Below, in pieces: positions 12,248 through 21,663 of a stretch of DNA of 64,000 bases. The notes beneath the pieces were generated by a model. The model had not been told where the DNA came from and did no database searches. It saw nothing but the letters and a program-made list of their open reading frames with translations. How positions within the stretch are numbered: the first letter of the stretch is position 1; each line of letters starts with the position of its first letter. The DNA is taken from contig OX597817.1 of the NCBI GenBank assembly GCA_951406725.2, positions 103,292,001-103,356,000 of the forward strand, given 5' to 3'. The translations under genes were made by a program, and so were the position numbers. Source of the stretch: Octopus vulgaris (Eukaryota).

Positions 12248-13105
12248 TCTCGGGGAGAACCTGGGCGTCGACGGGGAATACCTGGCCCGCCTGTTCAAGA
12301 CAACTTTCGGGCCTGGACGTATGGACAACTTCCAGAGATCCCTGGCCTTGCAGTGCTATCGAAAATCGCTACCCGTTCGAGATAAGCTCTACAGACATGG
12401 CCCCAGAAACACCGGGCCGACCTGTCCGAGATGCGGTCAGAGCGACGAAACTGTTCTGCCCGCACTCGTACAGTGCCCTACTATTTGCGACCTGTGGGCT
12501 TATGTCGAACGACTGCTGTCGCGTGTGGGACGACTTGGTTTATCAGCCGAGTCTGTCGTCAATATTGTCGCGCCTCCTTCCTTCAAACCGGAAGGAAGAG
12601 CCATTTTCATCGTACTTCTGGCTATGGCGGGACGCGTCTGAAAGGCCTAGAGACAAGCACTTTCCTTTCTGGGCAAATCTCTCGTCAGCTTCTTCACGTA
12701 CCACTTGAAAAGGAAGGTGAGAGTAGAGAGGGAAGTTTTGCTTAGTGTATGTTTCAATAAAAGATGGGTGAAAGTAGCAAGGATGGCACGTGTGAACGAC
12801 AGAGCCACCTTGAGCATAATTCTATGAACCAAAAAAGAAAAGAAATGAAAAGAAATGAGTAACTGTAATGTGCTTTTGTATGACATCATTACCCGAGGTT
12901 ACCGTGGTCTTTTCGTAGGTTTTTCTTTCCACGGTTAAACCTACCCACTTTTCGGAACTCTGTTTTTTATACTACCATTTCGATTTTTTTGTACATCCCA
13001 AACGATTTCGATCCCTTTTGATCGTTGTCCCTATATTTTCGAAAAGAAAATCTCTAAATTGTATTATCCCCTCTGTGTCGAGCCCTGTGTGGCTAATAAA
13101 GAAAT
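12248..13105 (+). mobile_element. 5'-truncated L1/Tx1-clade LINE 3' end
   Basis: ORF 12321-12641 reads LPVRDKLYRHG...CPRCGQSDETVLPALVQCP...LW, a zf-RVT-type C-terminal finger with the His lost. The 3' UTR ends AATAAAGAAAT followed by CTATC repeats. Confidence 0.8.
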
Positions 13106-14629
13106 CTATCAATCTATCTAGATTCAGATGAATTTGGTACCAGAATTTAGTACGGTTTATACAATATGGCAATATTGTTTGAAATGATCTTTAGAAATTG
13201 CTTGATTAATCCCTTTCTTAAAGTGCTCTACCCTCCTGATCTTAGCATTTATAAGGGCCTTTACATAAGTTGCCCTTCCAATTAAGTACCCCTAAGAAAC
13301 TATAAATATCATGTATGGAGTAACAATAATAACTTCTAAAACCTATAATATAACCCTTAGTTTAAAAAAAATTGTTTAAAATTAGAATGTCCTATAACAT
13401 AAATATTCCTTCAGCTAATACCATGTATCAGTCATTATTGATACTAGCTAAATGAGTAAATATATGATTATTAGTTTAATATATTTTGAATTATTATACA
13501 TTTTCTATAAATCTTCTCTATTGTTGTTAATAAGCTACCTATTCTGTATCATGTATTTAGTGATTAAGCTATTTTATTCCTTTTCTATGGTGTTCTGCCC
13601 TACCTGATTATTTTATTTCTTTATTATTTTGTAATAGCCTTTACTTATTTATAAAATAAATCTAATTTTTGTACCTCTATAAATTCATACTTAGCTTATA
13701 TAAAACAATACTGGTATATTCACTACTTAAAATAAACTGCTTAAATTATAACTTAATTAATATATAGTTAGCATGTTCTTTTACCTCAGTACTCCTTTAT
13801 TAAATACCAGTATATACCAATTGATCAATATTCATAGATACCTTCTGATAAGTTGGTATTTAAGTATATAATATGTATAAATATTAAACTATTTCTAGAT
13901 AATTTCTTTTCCTCCCTCTATTGTGGTAAAAGTTTGGTATATACTCAAAAGTATTCAAAAAACTTTTTACCCTTTTGTTATAATATTCTTCTTAATAATC
14001 CTCTGAATAACTCTAAACTTTAACTTTATACAATATAGCAATATTGTTTAAAATATTTAACTGTAGTACTACATGATAAGATTTCCCCTGTTTCATTATC
14101 AATGGTCTAATAGTGGCGGCCCCCTTAATTATCAGCTAACATCTTGATTTAAGTTTTCCTTTACCAAATCTCATGATATTGCTTCTAATATATCTTGATT
14201 TTTTTAATGACCATACTCACTATGATTTCTGTTAACTCCCTCAGCCCTATCCCTAACAGACACTGCCCCTTGTTCTATCGGCCTTAGATATACAAGGATT
14301 TGATAAACTAGTCTATAAATTAAAACTGACCCCATAAAACAGTGACAAGCAAAATCTGTAACAGGTCTTTCTTCCTAATACCTTAGAAGCTTCTAAGCTG
14401 AAGTGAAGGCAGCATGTTCTTTGTCTATCTCCTTAACTTCTTGGAGATTCTAGGTAAAATTATACTAATGTGTCCATCTATTTTAATTTAATTAAATTCT
14501 ATGTCTTTGTGCAGCTGAGGATTGCTCTGCCTTTAAATTGATGTAATGATTGCATTGTTCAATTAAAGGGAGTTGCGTGAAACGATCGTACTGCATTATC
14601 TCTGGATATCCTTTTTGCTTATTTTGATA

Positions 14630-14637
14630 TCTATCTA

Positions 14638-14733
<96 letters not shown>

Positions 14734-14787
14734 CCTACCTACCTACATACATACATACATACATACATACATACATACATACATACA
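14630..14787. repeat. Compound (TCTG)n/(TCTA)n/(CCTA)n/(CATA)n microsatellite
   Basis: Direct reading of the sequence. Confidence 0.95.
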
Positions 14788-16189
14788 ACTCGACGAGCCT
14801 AGTGACATGAATTTGGATTACAAAGTCGACGATTTGTAAAGTACAAGTTTTCACGAAAAATTCTTAATTTATTAAAATGTCCGTCACGACCAGAAAATGA
14901 AAACAAAAATCAAGAAAAAAACTATTAGCAACTCTGGAGGAAGGGAAAATATCTTCAAGAAAAAATACATAGGTCTTGAAATTGAAGCGGGTTGGAAGAC
15001 TATCAGATGATTTTTTTGTTCTTTTAAGAGTCGAGAGCCAACGTAAGGCGATTACCGATCTGGTTTGACCCCTTCGTTATAGCATTGTTCTCATTTCCAA
15101 ATAGATGCCGACAGTTTAACATACACAGTTACATAATTCCTTGCTAATGACGATTTGAACACACACACACACACACACTCGCACGCACGCATGTACACAC
15201 AGATGTGCACACATGCACGCACACACATATACGCACACGCACGTGTGTATGCATGTGCGTTTGTATGCGTGTTCGTGTGCATGTGTGTGCGTGTGTATGC
15301 ATGTGCGTATGTATGCGTATGCGTGTGTTTATACATGCGTATAAATGTACATATAAGTGTGTGTGTACAGGTGAATGTGAGCAAGTGTATTTGAAAAAAA
15401 TGACGCACGTTATGACATATATATGGTAAATTCCCATCAAACCGCGTATGTAACCAAAACACAAGTCCCTATCCTCCTCACTCTTCTTGAAATCAATAAG
15501 TCAGATTATCCTTAAATGGATACTGCTAATTGCAAAAGATTAAGTATGTAATTAACGCTATCATACTTGTGTTTTCGGTTAAGTAAATCCTCATCAAGAC
15601 AAATATAGAAGTAATCATGAGTGTAAATCTGAGCTTGGTAAAGTGTTTTTTTTATGTACTTAAGTTGTGTTTAAAATATGTTCACGATGTATTTAAGATG
15701 TGTTTTAGATAAGCTTAATTTGTGTTTAAGATGCGTTTGCTTTCTCTTGTTTATTTTAAAATTCATAAAGGTTAACTAAAACTAAAATTATGAGAAATTT
15801 GTAATTTTTTTGATGTTTATGAATTGTAAATTAATTACTACACCTGAACATAAAATCGCAAGAAATGTTGCATGCTTCAAGTGACTTTGTATTTGGAGTT
15901 CACGTTATGTTTAGATACGTCCTGTCTTGCAAGATATGATGATACACATTAGTAGACTCCCATACATTTGCCTGCCACCTCTATATAGTCACTCGACCTG
16001 CTAGAAATAGCAGCCTAAACTTTCATAAATAACACCCTACAAAATTAAAAAAGATACGTTGGATAACGTTATTGTCGCGGCTAGATTGTTTTTGTTATCG
16101 TCGCGGCTAGAATGTTTTTGAACCTGGGACTGTTAGTTCAGGTCTGATTGGAGTTACACAACAAAAACTACAATGACAATAAAAAAAAT

Positions 16190-16560
16190 TTTGCATTATG
16201 TAGCTTGTTATTCTCTTTAAGTGAACATTTTTCTGGTTGAAATACACCGAAAAACGGCAACACCGCACTGAAAAAATCGTGAAAAATAGGGATTTTCAGA
16301 GAAAAAAAGCACCTTTTTGATGTAAATAATTTTTGGTCTTTTCATGGTCCGATTTGAATTTTTTCTTCTACGAAATGAAGAACAACCCTTCTTCTATCAT
16401 ACTCTCAATTTTGGTCAACTTGCGCTGCAGGGTCTCGGAGGAGATAGTGTTAGTTGAAGGCTGCAAAACCTGCCACACACACACACGCACACACAGACAA
16501 CTTCACTTTATATATATAGACTAGCAAAGATACCCGGCGTTGCTCGGGATAAAAATGGGC
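16190..16560 (-). mobile_element. Non-autonomous Helitron, tail-to-head junction of two copies
   Basis: Minus strand reads hairpin CCCGAGCAACGCCGGG-TATCTTTG-CTAG (ending 16521), immediately followed by TCTATATATATAAA...TCTGTGTGTG (5' TC terminus at 16520). Confidence 0.7.
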
Positions 16561-16859
16561 TAGTTTTTTTTATTGTCTTACTTGTTTCGGTCATGTAACG
16601 GTGGACGCGCTGGAGCAACGCCTTTAGTCGACCCCAGTATTTATTCCTTGTCAGCTTAGTATTTATTCTACGGGGACGTAAACACAGCAACATTTGTTGT
16701 AAAACGATGGTGGGGGTACAAACACAGACACATACACACACATATATACATATGTATATATGTGCATACATATATAAAACCATTTTTATACATACATATA
16801 TATATATCAACACACATGCATACACACACACACGCGAAAACACACACACACACACATAT

Positions 16860-18090
16860 TGGTTGGCATCCTTTTTGTCTCGGGAGACAATGGAGTTGCG
16901 CATAAAATAGTCTAGTCCGGCTTTTACATTTCATGTCCTGATACATTTCCTGCTGTAGCTGTGTAGTCCTATCCTGGACAAACACTCCCTCTGGCAGGTA
17001 CCGCAAATGTAGCGAAGACTGTTCCTGGCTGGTTGTAATGTCATAGTTTCTTGCTGACGTCTTTTCTTGTCTTTCCATTTCTCTCTCTCCCTGTCACTCC
17101 TTTGTATTCCCTCTTTTACGGTACGTCGCCATTCTCCACGGTTGCTGGCAACTGCTTCCCAATTGCTAATATTGATGTTGCAGGCCTTCATGTCCCTTTT
17201 GCAAACATCCTTGTAACGTAAGAACGGTCTTCCCACAGACCTAGTACCCCTAGCAAGCTCTCCGTAGAGTATGTCCTTGGGGATTCTGCCATTTTTCATA
17301 CGGCTAACATGCCCAAGCCATCTCATACGTCTTTGTGTGAGGAGTGCAAACATGCTTGGTATTCCTGCTTGCTTGAAGACATCTTTGTTGGGGATATGAT
17401 TCTGCCATTTGATGCGAAGGATTTTCCGGAGGCAGCGCAGGTGAAAGATGTTTAGGCGACGCTCTTGGCGTGTGTATAGCGTCCAGGTCTCACTTCCATA
17501 CAGTAGAGTGCTGAGTACACATGCCTGGTAGATCTTCATTTTCGTAGTCTTGGTCAGCTTATTGTTGTCCCAAGCCCGTTTGGAGAGTTGGGCCATCGCA
17601 GCAGCTGCCTTGCCAAAGCGTATATTGAGCTCAGCGTCAAGGGATAGGTTGTAGGTGACGGTAGAGCCAATATAGGTAAACTTCTCCACCTCCTGTAATC
17701 TGTGGTCTCCAATATGTATGTTTGGGATGTCCGATGTAGCCTAACCCATGATGTTGGTCTTCTTAAGGCTGATAGCTAAGCCAAAGTCGTTACATGCTTG
17801 CTCAAAACAGTTAATGAGCCTTTGGAGGGCTTCTGTGTGTAATACCAGAGCGGCATCATCAGCAAATAGCATCTCTTTGATCAGAACGCTTCTGATTTTG
17901 GTCTTGGCACGCAGGCGCGAGAGATTGAACAGTTTCCCGTCACTTCTACTGTGCAGAAACACTCCATCATCTGATGTCTGAAAGGCAACTGAGAGCAAGA
18001 GCGAGAAGAAGATGCCAAATAATGTAGGAGCGAGGACACAACCTTGCTTTACCCCGTTTTTTATTTGGAAGGCGGCTGATGTTGAACCAT
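16860..18090 (-). mobile_element. 5'-truncated RTE-clade (BovB-like) LINE, RT C-terminal half
   Basis: Motifs GVKQGCVLAPTLF, MLFADDAAL, FTYIGS, VLSTLLYGSETW, RWLGHVSRM..GRIPK.ILYGEL and a terminal C2H-like finger. ORFs 17741-18090 and 16931-17689 are in the same frame, split by one TAG at 17741-17743. Confidence 0.93.
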
Positions 18091-18129
18091 ATCTGTAAAT
18101 GTAATATGTGACAATTGTTTGGTAGCCAT

Positions 18130-18190
18130 GATAAAACTCCGAGTTTCGGATGCCGAGGTGGAAATCCACGCCGCCATCTCTTCAGTTATC
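18130..18190 (-). ncRNA. Type I hammerhead ribozyme motif (Penelope pLTR-like)
   Basis: Minus strand reads GATAA CTGAAGA GATGGCGGCGTGG-ATTT-CCACCTCGGCATCC GAAA CTCGGAG TT TTATC. Stem I is GATAA/TTATC, the CUGANGA and GAAA cores are intact, stem III is near-palindromic and the cleavage triplet is GUU. Confidence 0.7.
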
Positions 18191-18284
18191 CGGCCATCGG
18201 AAAAACGTTTCACATATTACATTTACAGATAAATTTTTCTATTTACATATCGAGATCTCTTTCTTACTATTTTTATCAATATAT

Positions 18285-18305
18285 ATAAATATATACATAC
18301 ATACT

Positions 18306-18379
<74 letters not shown>

Positions 18380-18490
18380 TACATGTATATGCATATGTAT
18401 ATATATACATGCATATATAAATACATCTATATATATACACATGTATATATGCACATATATATACATACATACATACATACACACACACAC

Positions 18491-18540
<50 letters not shown>

Positions 18541-18680
18541 ATATGTATATACATATATATATACGTCTCCATATACATACATATATATGTATATAGATCT
18601 AGATATATATACAAATGTATACATATAAATCTCTCTCTCTCTCTCACATATACATCTGTATATATGCATCTATAAATTTA

Positions 18681-18724
<44 letters not shown>

Positions 18725-19140
18725 TTTAACATATTTGTACACATATATTCACACATATATACATGCATACATATATATATACGCATATTTATATGTATAT
18801 ATACCTAAATATATATATATACACATATATATATATATTTATAAATACATATATACATATAAATGCATACATATATATGTACACATATACATACACATAT
18901 ATACATGCATACATATATTTATACACACACATATATATATATATATATATGTATATACATACATATATGCATATATATATATACATCCATACACATACAT
19001 TTAAATCTCTCTATATATACATGTTTATATACATATACATCTATATATACATACATATATATGTGCAAATATATATACACATATATACATGCATATATAT
19101 AATATATATACATATGTATGTGTGTGTATACATGTATATA
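18285..19140. repeat. Long degenerate (TA)n/(CATA)n low-complexity tract
   Basis: Direct reading; it is the source of many spurious YI/HT ORFs. Confidence 0.95.
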
Positions 19141-19249
19141 TGTGAGATAGTAGTTTCAGTATTAATAGCGAAAGTATATAATAGTGGACGTATTAAACTG
19201 AAAGTATTATCTCACAATACAATGGAGATCTTGTTTCACTTTTGACACA

Positions 19250-19460
19250 TAATACTGAAATAGTGTAAGAGATAAGAGATCGCTCCGGGCTCACAAGAAG
19301 GCAAGAAGTTGAAAATTCTTTTGGCCCATGATACTGCATGGACCCTAAATAAGTCATGTGTAAGATTTGAATGAAATCGTTTTGGTAGTTCTCGAGTTCT
19401 AGTGATGCACACATACAGACACACAAACAGACATGTACTCTCAGTTATATATATAGTGAG
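19250..19460 (-). mobile_element. Helitron-like non-autonomous element, 5' portion
   Basis: Minus strand reads CTATATATATAA...GTCTGTTTGTGTGTCTGTATG...CGATTTCATTCAAATCTTACAC, the same architecture as the 16190-16520 element. Confidence 0.5.
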
Positions 19461-19464
19461 AATT

Positions 19465-20165
19465 TACAAAAAAACAAAAGACGAAGCGGGTGTGTAAACA
19501 ACACACTGATGTATTAGTTTAACGCTCGGGAAGTGAGAAAGTCTTTTACGTTTCGAGCCTACGCTCTTCGACAGAAAGGAACATAGAAATATACAGGGAG
19601 AGAAAATAGTAAAAGGTTTAGTGGCTAGCGATCTATCATTGCGAATACCGGACAAAGGGGTCACACAGGAGAGCTAGGAAGAAGGGGAGATAATAAAATA
19701 GTGGCGATCCCAAAATGAAGGTGGACATGTGCGTGTATGTGAGAGCGTTAAAGTGCGTGTGCGTGCGTGTGGAAGGGGGCTGGTGGCATTGACGTGTGCG
19801 TGTATGCATGTGTAGGTGTGTGGATGATGGTGTAGGTGCTGGGAAGTGGTCAGTGCTAGTGTGTGCGGGGTGGTGTGATGTTGTGTGGTGGTGTGTGGTG
19901 TGGTGGTGTGTGTTGTAGTGGTGGTGTTGAGTTGTGGGGGAGGCGGGGTGGGTAAGCAAGGGTGGGGGTCTAAGGGTGGGGTTGGAATATGCAGGGGTGG
20001 CGTAACGAGGGAGGGGGTGACGATGAAAGGAGAGGATGGAAGGGAGAAGGTTGGTAGGAGTGAAGAGAGGAAGTAGGTGCCAGAGCAAGAGAGGAGAGGT
20101 GGGTGGGAGGAAGTAGGTGTAAGAGGAAGAGGGTTAGATGATGGGGGAAGGTGAGTTGAGCCCAT
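19465..20165 (-). mobile_element. Penelope-like element terminal repeat / 3' region
   Basis: Pyrimidine-rich tail on the minus strand, followed by a minimal hammerhead-like motif at 19543-19578. Confidence 0.5.
19543..19578 (-). ncRNA. Minimal hammerhead-like motif with variant core (CUGUCGA)
   Basis: CTTT CTGTCGA A GAGC-GTAG-GCTC GAAA CG TA AAAG: stem I CTTT/AAAG, stem II GAGC/GCTC, palindromic ACGT stem III. Confidence 0.55.
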
Positions 20166-20184
20166 GTGGTGCAGGCGTGGCTGT

Positions 20185-20347
20185 AGGCGCAGACGTGACT
20201 GTGTGGTAAGAAGCTTGCTTCCCAACCACATGGTTCCGAGTTCAATCTCACTGCCTGGCACATTGGGCAAGTGTCTTCTACTGTAGCCTCGCGCTGAACA
20301 AAGCCTTGTGAGTGGATTTGGTAGACGGAAACTGAAAGAAGCCCGTC

Positions 20348-20350
<3 letters not shown>
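20185..20350 (+). mobile_element. SINE family B, 5' half
   Basis: GGCGCAGACGTGACTGTGTGGTAAG...TTGGGCAAGTGTCTT...GAAAGAAGCCCGTCGTA. Confidence 0.85.
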
Positions 20351-20383
<33 letters not shown>

Positions 20384-20589
20384 GTACATGTATATATATT
20401 TGTATATAACGTAGAACATGTTCTATGTTCTACGTTATATATCTTAATAATTACTGGTATTTTTATATCTGTATAGCATAATATGTTATACATGTATGTA
20501 TATTGTTATAGTCTAAAAGTTGACGAATGCCACCTCTTGATCCCCTCCATTTTCTTATTGCCGTATACACACACACACACACACACACA

Positions 20590-20800
20590 TCCTTTCTACT
20601 ATAGATAGAAGACCTGAAATTTTCGGTGATGAGGCTCGTCGATATTATCGAACTCAGTGCTCAACTGGTATTTATTTTATCGACCCCGAGAGGTCGAAAG
20701 GCATAGTGGACGTTGGTCGATTGTGTATTCAGAACGTAACGATGGACGATAAAAGAAAGCATGTTTATCCGGCGCGGTAACGTTTCTGTCAGCTCGCCAC
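20590..20800 (-). mobile_element. SINE family A (diverged)
   Basis: Same head and core as the other family A copies. Confidence 0.75.
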
Positions 20801-20949
20801 TTTTGTATCAGAAATAATATAACTCATATATCAATATTAGAACCTGTAAATATTGTCATCATTCCATCATCAGCATAGACGTATTGTATAAATATTACCT
20901 TCGCTGTTTACAATAACCTCTATTATGTATAGAAATCTTGTTTACACGT

Positions 20950-21475
20950 GGAAAGAGGATTAGTAGATAATAACATTTTCTATTTGAAATCAATAATGTG
21001 GATTAACTCATAATACCTACATTACTGTTTTAGAAAGTATTATATGATGGGATTGATTGCTGCTTTAAAGGACTTGCTTGACCTAAGGCATTTGATTTGT
21101 ATTAATGCTCGACAGACAAAGCCGAAAAGTGATATATGAATCTAAGATAACAGGAAATATTAGCTTCAACAAAGATGATATTTTAAGTCTTGGTAGTGTT
21201 TTTACTAACAGTGACAAGCTATATTTGTTGGCTGACTCCAATTTCGCAAGTTCTCTTTGTAAAGAGTCAATACTAACAAAACTGTAGCGATCGAAGTGCA
21301 TATCTTCTCCGAATCGATTAGGAAATGTAGTTGTAGAATCGAAGAAACTACTGAATTCAAGAGTAGACTTACTAACTGTATCAAGAATATTGAGTTTAAA
21401 AAAGCCCTTTAAATAGAATAGAAACAGATCAAGTTGAGGTTTATAAATGTTCTTTATCAAACACAATGTCTGCAA
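20950..21475 (-). mobile_element. Ancient LINE (L2/CR1/Jockey-like) remnant just upstream of the RT domain
   Basis: ORF 21083-21475 (YSFVSIDSLQRELAKLESANK...LLKLIFPVILDSYITFRLCLSS, then FKAAINPI in another frame) resembles the pre-RT 'F..V...L..L...K....LLK.....I...F..SL....WK.A...PI' pattern. Confidence 0.4.
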
Positions 21476-21628
21476 AATTATGCCTTCTGGGTGAAGATAA
21501 TTCCTTGATTATTTTACAATATGATATAATTTAAGTCTATCTCAAGAGGGTTATAACGCAAGGTTACACGAGAAACTTTGCATCATAACAACGTTTTCCC
21601 TATGCATAAAAATAAACAGACACACACA

Positions 21629-21663
<35 letters not shown>

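Noticed and set aside
12055-12708. 217-aa ORF as a gene
   Set aside because: It is a microsatellite read-through into an off-frame of the Tx1 fragment.
19636-20419. Pro/His/Thr-rich ORFs
   Set aside because: Low-complexity Penelope-like tail plus SINE sequence.
21083-21475. 130-aa non-repetitive ORF as a novel host gene
   Set aside because: Better explained as a decayed LINE pre-RT segment, with no host protein motif.
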